From NCBI RefSeq assembly GCF_963506605.1, contig NC_083288.1, positions 43,214,001 to 43,278,000 on the forward strand: a stretch of DNA of 64,000 bases. Direction: 5' to 3'. This stretch comes from Zootoca vivipara (lineage: Eukaryota). Position 1 is the stretch's first letter, and each line of letters begins with the position of its first letter. The notes beneath the pieces were generated by a model. The model did not search any database. It was not told where the DNA came from and worked only from the letters and a program-made list of their open reading frames with translations. Made by a program: the position numbers and the translations under genes. Below, in pieces: positions 24,702 through 36,470 of the stretch.

Positions 24702-26300
24702 CAATCTATCTGCTAAAAGCCAAATATTCCAAAATAAACACAGCTGACTGGAACAGGCATTGCCTCTATATATGTAGGAACACCAAATGTTTCCAATGTG
24801 TCCCATTATAGCCTGAATGTATGATGTTTAGCTTCAGTCAGAGACTGCAGATTTATAACTGCCCATGGGTTCTGCAGCATATTCTACACTTTTGTCGAAT
24901 GAATGAGTCCTTAGGCTTCATACACACCATATATTCTTCCAGAATCAATGGACATGGAATCCCACCCCCCAATATAGTCTACACACAACTTTGATCTCTT
25001 GTATAGAGTTTGCCCCTTAAAAATGATTTAAAAACCACTTGAAAAATATATGGAAGCAGGAGAATTGCTTCAGCAATGGGAGATGTACTCACACTTTTCT
25101 TCTTTATACACCTGGGGCATGTATAAAGAGGTCAACCTGATCAGGGTTATGGTTCTCAAATGCGTGTTCCTCTCTTGTGGATGATGGGACCCTGGACTAA
25201 TCTAGGTTGAAAGCAGTCCCACAAATAGGGTGGGAAAGGAAATATCTCAGATGTCAAAGGTAAAGCTGTGTAGCTATGGTGCCACACTGTCCTCTCTGTG
25301 GGGAGGGAATTCCAAGGGCCACAACAGAGAATGCTTTTTCCTAGACCAATCTACCCTGAAATGTCTGAGGGCAGTGGAACTGCTAAGAAGGTGATTCTTA
25401 GGAGATAATAAAATCCAAGAGAGTCTGTAGGGAAGGAGATGCACTCTCAATTGCTTAGAGTTTTAAAGACTATCCAGAACAGACAGCCCAGAACAGTGAG
25501 GTGGGTTGCGCTCCTTCTTTCTCTCTCCTGAAAATGTCATCAGCCAGGTCAACCAAGTCAGTATATTTGCCTTGAACAGGCCTGAAACCAAACTGAAATT
25601 GATCCAGACATTCAGTCTCCTCTAAGTGTACCTGGAGTTGGATGGCACCACTATCTCAAGTATCTTGCCCCCAAAGGGGTTATTTGTCACTGGGCATGCA
25701 TGCTGCCTTGCCCCTGTGATTGGGGGTGCCTGGGAAGTGTGACGTCCGCAGGCCATGTGCACATGCCATGGGGTGTCCTGACGTCACTTGCACATGCTGT
25801 GGGGTGTGTTGACATGTCATGCAGATGCCCCATGGTTTGCACATGTGAAAAGGCATTCTGATGTTGTGTGGCCCGAGCCCCCTCAATTGCAATGGCAACG
25901 TGCATCACAGATTACTTAGATCTGCATACATAACTCCTCAGGTAGGCACGGAAGAGGCCTTCTCCTGATCCCTGGCATCCTCTGAGGTAAGTCCGGATAC
26001 TGCACACAGCAAGGGTCTGGCAGGATGAGGAAGAGTGGTGACAGTCAGGAGGTACCTGAAGGTGAAGGGGACTTTGAACTAGGTTCAGACTGGTGGGACA
26101 GATAGTCAGCCCAGAGTGAGAGTGAAGGGGAGAGGCTTCAGGTAGCCACAGACGCTGAGAGAAAAGGAGCGAGGGCTGTGTCTCCTCCTCTGCAATAGAG
26201 TCCTGATTCAGCTCCTTCCCCTCCTCCACTCTCAGTAAAGAAAATAAGGGTTGAGAAAAGGCTAGAATGATTCAGAAAAGCTGAGTCACAGTGGAAAAAT

Positions 26301-26749
26301 GCAAGGATGGAAGTATAAATGAGAGAGGACAGAAGTTTAGCTCCTGCTTATCTGATGGATGTGCTGACTCCTTGATTACTGAGCAATAAAGATGATTACC
26401 GCGAGCACGAAGCCTGGTTCTGCGCATCAGACAACACAGAAAGAGGGGCTTTTCTGGCAACCTGATAATGAGCAACAAAGTGCTTAATGCTATAATGTGG
26501 AACATTCCCTTCTCTGGAGCAAGGATGGGGGTATAAATAAGGGGGAGAGAGGACATAACTTTAGCTCCTGCTTATCTGATGGATGTGCCATGCCCTGACT
26601 CCTTGATTACTGAGCAATAAAGTTGATTACTGCAAGCACTGGGCCTGGTTCTGTTCATCAGACAAAAGACAGTGGGGTTTTTCTGGCAACCTGACAATGA
26701 GCAACAAGTGCTTAATGCTATGCTGTGGAACATTGCCTTCTCTGGAGCA
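26301..26749 (+). repeat. Tandem duplication (about 220 bp x2) upstream of G3
   Basis: GCAAGGATGG..TCTCTGGAGCA occurs twice; single copy upstream of G4. Confidence 0.85.
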
Positions 26750-26859
26750 TAATGGAACACAAGACTTTCCATTTTCTCCCATGGCCTGGCTAATCCACTA
26801 TTATTTTCATTCAGATCTTCCTGAAACCCGGTGCTCTGCCCGATCTGCGGTGCAAAAGA

Positions 26860-27220
26860 TAATATCTTCTCAAGGGGGGAAAAACATATTTTCATCAATG
26901 TTTCTGCTGCACATGGTGCCACAGACCTTGCAATCCCTCCCCCGGGACTGTGTACCATGTTATTATCTTAACACACAGCAATTCATTCTTTCTCTAGCAA
27001 TATCCATATGATATTTTGAAGCCCATATGCCACAGAGAAACAGCAGAATGCTTATAAAAAACCACCCCAGGGCCAATGACATGGATTCTACCATTTATAC
27101 ACAGAGACTGGAGCTGATGAGGGCAACAGGACAGAATGTATGCTGACATTGGGTGATGATAAGCATTTTAGACTGACACAGGTGCTTTATGGTTAAAAGG
27201 AGAAGCTCCTTATCTCAATA
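26860..27220 (+). promoter_or_regulatory. Putative proximal promoter of V2R G3
   Basis: TCCCCCGGGA 26938-26947, CATATG, TATAAA 27053-27058, CAGGTG. Confidence 0.55.
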
Positions 27221-27438
27221 ATGCTAAGTTTGCTCTTCTGGGCCCTACTCATGGTGTTCCCTCTATTTGTGGCACATTCTACATTGCATTGTGTGATTGA
27301 CCCCCTCCACGCCCAACACCAGTATTATCAGCCGGGGCACTTTCTTATTGGTGGCATCACTTCACAATTCCTCATACCCGTTTTCACTTCAATAGACTTC
27401 GAGGAGAAGCCAAAGGAAACAACTGATGATGAATATGA
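27221..27438 (+). CDS. V2R G3 exon 1
   Basis: MLSLLFWALLMVFPL..YYQPGHFLIGG; donor GA|GTAAG. Confidence 0.92.
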
Positions 27439-28054
27439 GTAAGGACATTATTTTTATTCTTTTTGTTGGAAAGCTCCTGGTTATGTACGTAAATAAAAAA
27501 ATTAGATAATAAACGTGATAGTATGATCAGAAAGCAGTCTCCTCAGTGTTGGCAGGTGTCTAGTAGGATTTGTAGTAGAGAAGATAGGCAGAAGATAGGC
27601 ATAGGGGAGAACATTAGCTCAATTTATATTGAAAGCCAAACCTATCTAAGTCAGATTTCCTGAAACGTTTTGAAAACCAAAACATCCTTTGAAATTCATA
27701 TTTGATCAGCAGCCATATTTTTCCCTTCTGCACTTTCTTCCTACTCTGCCGTTCAGCAGTTGTGCCATACATGTTATTCTGTTCTACACAAAGAGATCAT
27801 AAGAATTAGCAAATGTAAGAAAGTCCCTGCTGGCTCCAGCCAAAGGCCTATATAGCCCTATACTGTGATCTCACAGTGGCCAACCAGATGGCCATGAGAA
27901 ACCCACAAGCAGGTCGTGAGCATTACAGGAGTCTTCTCAGCTCCCATTCTCAGAAACTGGGATCCAAAAATAGTGCCTAAGTGTTTACTTTCTTTTGTAT
28001 CCCCTGGATCTTTGAAAATTCACTTTCATTGCATGTCCTCAATTTCTGATCTTA

Positions 28055-28886
28055 GGATAGAATAGAATAGAATAGAATAGAATAGAATAGATCTTTATTG
28101 TCATTGTCCCCTTGTGGGAACAACGAAATTTCTCAGTTGCTATATCAACTCAACTCAACTCAAATAAGACACTCCACATAAATTAAAATACTAATAAGCG
28201 CAATACAATACAGAACAATATAACAAATAAGGAAGATGACTTCAGAGTCTAGAGTTTCCATTTAAGGCCAAGATTGCTCTAGGAAAGAAACTGTTCTTGA
28301 GACGGCTGGTTCTCGCCTTCATTGTTCTATATTTCCGTCCCAATGGCAAGAGCTCAAAGAAGCGATGACCCGGATGTGATGGGACTCTTGATATATCTAA
28401 TGCCTTTCTGTGGCACCTGATGGTATAGATATGTTCCAAGGCAGAGAGTGAACTGCCAATGGATACTCTCTGCTGTTTTAACAATTCTACACAACACTAT
28501 CCTTTCCCAAGAAGTACAGCTTCCGTACCACACACATAAGCCATAAGTGAGCACGCTCTCAATAGCACAGTGATAGAAGGCAAGCAGCAATTTTTGTGGA
28601 AGATGATTTTTCCTTAAAATTCTCAAAAAAAAAAAAAACAGTCTGTGCTGTGCTTCCTTCACAATCCTTCTTATGTTGACACTCCAGGACAGATCCTCCT
28701 GTATTTCAATACCAAGAAATCTAAATGTAGTCACCCTCTCCACACAAGTTCCATCAATCAATAGCGGCTGGACATCAATTTTCTGCTTCCTAAAGTCCAC
28801 CACGAGCTCCTTTGTTTTCTTTGTATTTATAAGCAAATTGTTGGTTCTGCACCACTTTATCAACCGCTCCACCTCATCCCTGTAGT
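28055..28886 (-). mobile_element. Rex1/Babar-type LINE 3' fragment
   Basis: YRDEV..WC..NNLLINTKKTKELVVDFRK..FRFLG..IESVLTYG..WYG; (TATTC)n tail; TSD ATCTTA. Confidence 0.85.
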
Positions 28887-28998
28887 ATCTTATGGGACAA
28901 TGTGTGTGTTTGTGTGTGTTTATCCACTTTCTAAACATGAGCTCTGTGCAGCAGAAGCAGGAAAACCCACCAAATGCATAATCCCTCTATTGTTTCAG

Positions 28999-29290
28999 CG
29001 CACTGCCAAAGAACTACCAGCATCTCCTTTCTTTAGACTTTGCTGTGAATGAGGTTAACAAGAACCCCAACATTTTATCCAACATCACTTTGGGCTTCCA
29101 GATCTATGACAGCTACTGTGATGCAAAGATGACTTATCAGAATACTTTGAACCTCATCTCTCATCATAGGAAAACCATCCCCAACTACAAGTGTGGTGTT
29201 GAGAAGAACCTGATAGCTGCCATTGGGGGCCTTGACTCTGAAACTTCAAGCCACATGGCCTCCATCTTGGACCTTTATAAGATTCTACAG
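28999..29290 (+). CDS. V2R G3 exon 2
   Basis: 292 nt, ALPKNYQHLLSLDFAVNEVN..YKILQ|GT. Confidence 0.95.
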
Positions 29291-30200
29291 GTAGGAAGAG
29301 TGTGGCTGGAATGAAGATTCCACATCCATGGCATATAATTTATCCTTACTATATATTCCCAGGGCATTGGGAGGGGGAGAAGGGAAGGAGAATACTTTTG
29401 ACTGCTTAAAACAAATAAGTCTTGCTTATTCTTAATATTTTAAATATTGGCAGGCTAAAACAAACATTTGTTATTTATTTATTTATTAAATTAAAAAAAT
29501 TAATAAAATGAACCTATTCTTTCAGTGTTCAATATGCCATGACTAGGAGAAATTAAGATCCACTTCCTTAGCAGGCCACAGAGGGTGTATGGTATGAAGA
29601 GATCAGAATTTTAATCTGTATGACAGAATTTATCAAACAATGGGTTGTGATGCAGCTGTGGATTGTCCTCAGTGCCAAAGCCAGACCAGTTCCCCCTCAC
29701 TTGCCATGACAAAACCCTTAGGTTGCATCACTGTCAATGTGGTTTGGAGACAGGGAAGGTTTATGGGGAGGGATGTTAAAGTTGGATAGGTATTGGTATT
29801 AAATGAAATTGGAAAGTAGGATAAAAGATTAATATTTATTAGTAAATAAATTTATTAGTAAATATATATTAAGCTCAGAAAACAAAGGTCCCACTCCACC
29901 AGCCACTATTGCCTATAAGACATGGCAAAAGTAGGAAAATGAGGAGCAAAGATGAGGAAAAGAAAATTTATAAACTAATTCCTAAACTGAGAAAGTTATT
30001 GAGATTTCCAACTTAATTGGATAACCTAAAGTAGATGATGAGTACCTATATAAAACTGATCTCTCATCTGAGTTAATTGAGTGGTTCTGGTCCCAATCTC
30101 TCCCTCTGCTAAAGCATGATGTATTAAAAATGTGTTTGATTACTTAAAGACACATAAATACCCTACAGGGTGATTTTAAAATCCCTCTGTTCTTCGCTAG

Positions 30201-31040
30201 ATCACCTATTCTTCATTTACTCCATCAGTGAGTGAGAAAGACCATATTTCTTCCTTGTACCAAATGGCCCCCAGCGAAGCACATCAATACACAGGCATTG
30301 TTCAGCTTCTTCTCTATTTCCATTGGAAGTGGGTTGGGATATTTGTCACAGCTGATGATAAAGGAGAAATGTTTGTGAAAAGGTTGACACGCCAGCTTTC
30401 CCGGAATGGCATCTGTATAGCTGTCACTGAGAGAGTGGTAACCCACAAGGGTTTTGGCGGTTCTGGGCTGATAGAGAAATATCAGAATATGGCCGAGTCC
30501 CTAAGCAAAACAAACGTCAATGTATTTGTTGTCAATGCAGACAAAAACACTAAGACAGAATTGCAATGGCTGCTACTAGTGGGCATAATGTTGAGTGTGA
30601 GTCCCATAAACAAAGTGTGGGTTATGACGGCCGACTGGGATTTCTCATCAGAAACATTTCACAGAGATCTGGACATACAAAACTTCCACGGTGCCTTATC
30701 CTTTGCTATTCATTCCAGTGAGGTTAAGGGGTTCCACAGTTTCCTCCTGAACCTAAATCCCCACTCGGAGGCCGATGGCTTTATTAGGTTGTTCTGGCAA
30801 CAGGCATTCGGTTGCCAATTTCTAGATGTGGAAATAGAGGAGGAATCCTGCAGTGGCAAGGAGAAGCTGGAGAGCCTTCCTGGGGCTTTTTTTGAAATGC
30901 AAATGACCAGCCAAAGTTACAGCATCTACAATGCCGTCTATGCTGTGGCACATGCTTTGCATGCCATGTTGGCATCCAGAACCAAACATGGAGAGATGGT
31001 GCTTGGTGACTATCTGAAACCTCAAAAGCCACATTACCAG
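30201..31040 (+). CDS. V2R G3 exon 3
   Basis: 840 nt open frame, AG/GT bounded. Confidence 0.95.
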
Positions 31041-31741
31041 GTAATGTCTAACATGGTTTGTCAAGGAACACACACTTCCATTGGTTTGGTGAAATTCAGT
31101 AAGTAGTACAAGAGTTTCTATTGTATTAAATTCTAAGGAAGCATGCTGGCAAATTTAAGCCAAATGTCCTGCCAATACTTCAATGCCTAAATGTTTTTAG
31201 CAGGTGCTGAAAAGAGTTGGATGGAAATGTTGAATTTCGGTTTGATGGAAGTGGATTGAGCATTAAATCTGTAAATTAAAATTTAAACCTCCTGTCCAAC
31301 ATGTGTGGGGAAAATATGAGGCCAAACAGGCTGTGAAGCCTTTGTTTTTAGCATAGTTAAAGCACTTAATGCAATTTGCACCATCCTGGAAGCTAGGAAT
31401 TAGGAAATTTCACAATTTATCCCTGTTTATTTGTGTTCTGCTGATCTTTCCCCAGTTTCTACTTGTTGCTAAGAATAAACCACACAATTTGAAAAAACTT
31501 TAAAGGTTTTCTTAGGTTCAATGAAGGCAGCTACTACCCCTAGGTAAAAAATGCTTCTTAGTTACAAAATACAAAATTTGTTCCCCAAATGGAATCTTTG
31601 TAAGTATGTATCCCCTCAAAACTCGGGGTGGGGGGTGGGGTTCAACAGATACTGTAAATTGATGCCAGCGTTAGAAAACAGGAGGTTTGTGGTGCATTCT
31701 GTATTTTTACCCAATTTACCATTCTCTTTCTTCCTCTTTAG

Positions 31742-31969
31742 CTTCAACCTTTCCTGAGGAATATCTTGTTTAACAACAGTGCAGGGGACACTGTCTTTTT
31801 TAATGAGAAACGTGAGCTAGAAGGTGGATTTGATATTATCAACTGGGTGACTTTCCCCAATAAGTCCTTCTTAAGAGTGAAAGTTGGGGAAATGGATCCC
31901 CAAGCTTCACTGGGCAGTGATTTCTCCATTGATGAAAAGATCATTACATGGCACCAGAGTTTTAACCAG
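31742..31969 (+). CDS. V2R G3 exon 4
   Basis: 228 nt, LQPFLRNILFNNSAG..FNQ|GT. Confidence 0.95.
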
Positions 31970-32134
31970 GTAGGACCCAATTGCAGCTTATGAGGTCTAT
32001 AGGTACTCACCAGACTTGTTTCATAATCATGTACACCCTGCTGAAGGAGTTCTTTTTAGCTGCATTGATTCTTTGTATGGTTAAGGATGGGTTGTTTACA
32101 TGTCACTGTACCGATCTTGGTTTCCAGGGTTTAA

Positions 32135-32650
32135 GGGCCGCTGTTGAAGGGCCCAAATGGAATTTTCCTGCGTTTGCATGTTTTGCCTTCCCCGTAGCAA
32201 AACGTCACAACTTTGGCGGTTTTAGGCCTTGGGCGGAATCCTTTATCCTATCTTCCTTATGGGGGGGGGGTTGATGCGGTGACCCACGCCCCCTTGCGGC
32301 AGCGATCCCAGGGTCCCTTGTTAAAGGGGTCTTGAGGGGGGGCATTGGTCATACGCTGAGAGGTTGTCTTTGCTCTCCCCTGTGACGGCAGTGAAACGGG
32401 GGGCAGGCTCTCTGCTTGAACATATGTTCTCCAGAGCAAGCCCAATCCCCACACATTCTGGATAACTCTGATGACCCCCAGATCCCCGGCTGGGAAGGAT
32501 AAACACACAATACCTAACCCAAAGTCTCCCTACATCTGAAACTTAATAAAGTTGTGGCCAATTTTAAGCCCATAGCACGTTGTCTTGAGACATTATTCTG
32601 CTCGGGAGCCGCCTGGGGTTGGGGGTTGGGGGCTCCGCCTGTCCACGCAA
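32135..32650 (+). mobile_element. LTR-like family, divergent partial copy replacing part of G3 intron 4
   Basis: GTAGCAAAACGTCACAACTTTGGCGG core, AATAAAGTTGTGGCC, end CACGCAA. Confidence 0.6.
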
Positions 32651-32731
32651 TGCAGCACCCTGTTGATGAAAAGGCAAAGAGCAAACAAAAGTATGATAGA
32701 ATACACGCAATACCTTCTGTTTTATGGTCAG

Positions 32732-32858
32732 GTGGTGCCCCTTGCCTTGTGTAATGACCACTGCCATCCAGGTTACAGCAGACAAAGGAAAGAAGGGGAA
32801 CCATTTTGCTGCTATGATTGTACTCCATGTCCAGAAGGGAAGATTTCCAACCAGACAG
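32732..32858 (+). CDS. V2R G3 exon 5
   Basis: 127 nt CRD exon. Confidence 0.95.
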
Positions 32859-34433
32859 GTAGGGGACTGTATGCTATAGTATATCAACTATATTGAGAAC
32901 ATGTTTGTTGTTAGCTATTTGAGAAAAAAATGGACGCCTAACTCCAGACTTGAAAATAAATCTTTAATTGTCAGGTTGTCAACAGTTGAATAACAAATAT
33001 TATTCATTCATATATCTATATCTATATCTATATCTATATCATCTATATCATCTGAATGGAGTGTGTTTCTGTCCCATAAACCCAAGAGAGGGTTTATAGT
33101 CCTTTTTGTTTTCAAAGCTCCTTCATAGCACAGGATAAGCTAATAATCCATAGCTTGCCTGTCCTCTGAAACCCCTCCTTGTACTGGACTATGTATTTTA
33201 AATGTCTGAAAATGATGCCAAGAAATGTTTTGATTGATTGATTGAAACCCCTCCAGATAATGTCTATTTGAAGTTACCACACTCCCACGTTCTCAGTCAA
33301 AGATGCAACTCACAGAATAATCAACCTACCGTCAGCTACCAACTGCCTCCTTCTTTCCCCAATACCATTTATTCTTTTGAAATGTATTTACAATGCAGAT
33401 ACAGTGGTACCTCATCGAGCATCCGGGATCCATTCCAGAGCCCCAGATGCTCAACGAAAGAGATGCTCGTCTGGGTTTGCCGTTGGCGTCCGCCTAAATT
33501 GACAATCAAGGGGGCGGAAGTTTGCAGAGGTGTGGCTGTACATCACAAATACTAACATCTGTAGCATCTGTGATGGAGATTGCTACGGTATATCAAGAGG
33601 AAAAGATGGACAACACGGAAAGAATAATGTTCTGTTGTTGTTGCTGTGCAGGAAGAAGCTGACAAACTCTGGATTAACAAGAACAACAACCGCTCATTTG
33701 GTTTGGTGTATCTTAATTGGCTCTGTTATCATTGGCACCAACTAGTGGCATTAGCTATCCTACAACTACCTAATTTCATATATTTCAGAATGTCTTCCAT
33801 ATAAATAGTGTGTTAGTGATACAAGTGTTTTATCATAAACAATACCATAAACAGTCAAGAAACAGATTTTCTGCTTACCTCCACACCTGTAAACTTCATG
33901 GATTGCATGGACTGCAACTTACTTAACCACCAAAACTCTAGAATTGTCAATTCAAGAGTATGTTTGGCCATATTCCTACATGTGTTGACTAGGTTATATT
34001 AGTAGCGTTAGTCTTCCATTGATGTTAAGCTTCCTTTATGGGTTATGAAATGCTATGAATATTGATAAATGAAACTTCCTATTTTACAACCATTTCTACT
34101 GGTAAGCTGTGAAAAATTAAAGTTTAATTAATATTTCTCCATCCAGATAGCTTGAAAGTTCTTAGTGCAATCGTGGGGACTTTATCCCTCTAAGCACAAA
34201 AAATTTTCAATCTTATACGTCCCGTAAACACAAACTCTTTGAGAATTGTTACCGTATTTTTTACCCGATACGATATTTAGTTTTAATTGTGATTTAATTA
34301 TCCACAGGATAGAATCCACCAAAAAATGACTTCTCTTGAAGACAAAACATGTTAACACTCTAACAATTTTATGAAAAAAATAATGTTTTGTATTGTATAC
34401 ACTGCAAATTACATTGAGTTATGGTGCAGTAAA

Positions 34434-34566
34434 AGTTACAGGTAGGTAGCCGTGTTGGTCTGAGTCGAAGCAAAATAAAAAAATTCCTTCAGTAGCACCT
34501 TAAAGACCAACTAAGTTTATATTTTGGTATGAGCTTTCGTGTGCATGCACACTTCTTCAGATACAC
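34434..34566 (-). mobile_element. Penelope-like element pseudo-LTR fragment
   Basis: GTTGGTCTTTAAGGTGCTA..AGACCAACACGGCTACC end typical of reptile Penelope; flanked by CAGTAAA repeat; absent from G2 and G4. Confidence 0.8.
34527..34564 (-). ncRNA. Minimal type I hammerhead ribozyme, intact core
   Basis: GUAU-CUGAAGA-A-GUGUGCAUGCACAC-GAAA-GC-UC-AUAC. Confidence 0.8.
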
Positions 34567-34671
34567 CAGTAAAGTAAAATTCAAAGTTTCCTGATCCTAT
34601 ACCATTAATATGTGTATCTCAGTGAGACTGAAAATGCTATAACTGTAATCCTGATTTCTTTATACTTCAAG

Positions 34672-35573
34672 ATTTGGATGATTGCTTCCAGTGCCAAGAT
34701 GATCGGTATCCTAATCAAGAGAGAAACCAATGCATTACCAAGAAAGAAAACTTCTTATCTTATGAAGCACCTTTAGGCATCAGTTTGGCTCTTTTGGCTC
34801 TGGCTTTTTCTGCAACTACAGCTTTGGTGTTTGGAATCTTCATCAAACATCAAAAGACTCCTATTGTCAAAGCCAACAACCGGAATCTCACATACACCCT
34901 GCTCATCTCCCTCCTGCTCTGCTTCCTCTGCTCCTTGCTATTCATTGGCCGCCCCCAGTTACTGACCTGCAATCTACGACAAATTGCTTTTGGTATCATC
35001 TTCTCAGTGGCTGTTTCTTCTGTTTTGGCTAAAACCCTCACTGTGGTTCTGGCTTTCATGGCCACCAAACCAGGATCCAAGATGAGGAAATGGGTGGGGA
35101 AAAGATTTTCAACCTCTATTGTTCTTGGTTGTGCTTTTGTCCAGGCAAGTATTTGTATAGTATGGCTCTGTACTGATCCTCCTTTTCCAGATGTGGACAT
35201 GCACTCTCTGCCAAAAGAAATCATAGTGGAATGCAATGAAGGTTCAGCCAACATCTTCTATTATGTTCTTGGTTACATGGGTTTACTGGCTCTTGTCAGC
35301 TTCATTGTGGCTTTCTTTGCTCGGAAGCTGCCAGACACTTTTAATGAAGCCAAATTTATCACTTTCAGCATGTTGGTGTTTTGCAGTGTGTGGCTTTCTT
35401 TTGTTCCAACCTACTTAAGCACCAAAGGGAAGTACATGGTGGCTGTGGAGATCTTCTCCATCTTGGCCTCCAGTGCTGGGATCTTGAGTTGTATCTTCTC
35501 CCCCAAATGCTTTATTATTATCTTCAAGCCTGAACTCAATTCGAAAGAGCAGCTAAAAAAGAGAAATAAGTAG
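34672..35573 (+). CDS. V2R G3 exon 6 (7TM)
   Basis: AAG|ATTTG (D-L-D-D-C), open to TAG. Confidence 0.97.
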
Positions 35574-35619
35574 CCATCTAACTAATGAAATCGTTATCCT
35601 ATAACTAATGAAATCGTTA

Positions 35620-36470
35620 TCCTATATAATCTCTGCGTCCAGTATTTCCTGTGTCCCTGGGTTTGCGCTACTGCGCATGTGCCCCACAGACAGAGGGACC
35701 GGAGGCACAGAGCCCAATCCCCACACACTCCCCATCCCCGCGCACTCACTCGCGCCCTCGCGGTTCTCTCTCCCTCAACGGCTTCCCGTCCAAACCACCG
35801 TTTTGCGCCTCGCTTCCCAACTAACAGCGCGAGGGGAAGAGGGGAAGGGACCACGAGGGATTGTGACGTGAGCGTGCGATGGGGCCGCCGTTCCCCACCC
35901 CCACCCCATCGCCGCATCCCAACCCCTCCCCCCACCCGGCGGTTCAGATAGCCGTAAAAAGAATTAGGCAAGGCGGGCTCGGCTCTGGGTGGGTTGGGAA
36001 AGGCGGGAGGGCATGCGTGCGCACGGCGGGAGACGCGATAACGTCGGGGGAAGCACACAACGGACGCAGGGACACAAACAGCCTAGAGCACCATGGGAGG
36101 GGCTGGAGAGTCCCGAGCCTCTGGGATGCAGCAGTGCTCTGTAGGACTTTGAATCCTCCTCCTGCTGCCGTGGCTCGGTGCCTGGAACTGACTGCTGCTG
36201 CTGCTGCTGAAGCACCGACAAAGCACCCAGCAGCGCCGCGTGGAGCGCCCCGAGCCACGGCAGGAGGAGGAGGATTCAAAGTGCTACAGAGCACTGCTGC
36301 ATCCCAGAGGCTCAGGACTCGCTGACCCGGCAAGCCGCCACCTCCTCCTCCTCCTGCCGTGGCTCAGCACCCTCCCCGCTAACGCGCAACTCTGAGGAGG
36401 CTATACGCACCTCTCCTAAGAAAACCGACACCCGCTGCCTCATGCTGTGTGGGAAATGCTTTTTGCCCCT
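35620..36470 (+). mobile_element. GC-rich Helitron-like insert in G3 3' flank with internal inverted repeat
   Basis: A|TCCTATATAAT start, homology to 17158 leftward; no 3' CTAG end seen. Confidence 0.5.

Noticed and set aside
35594-36333. Several 85-154 aa ORFs on both strands
   Set aside because: By-product of GC-rich, stop-poor, palindromic TE sequence
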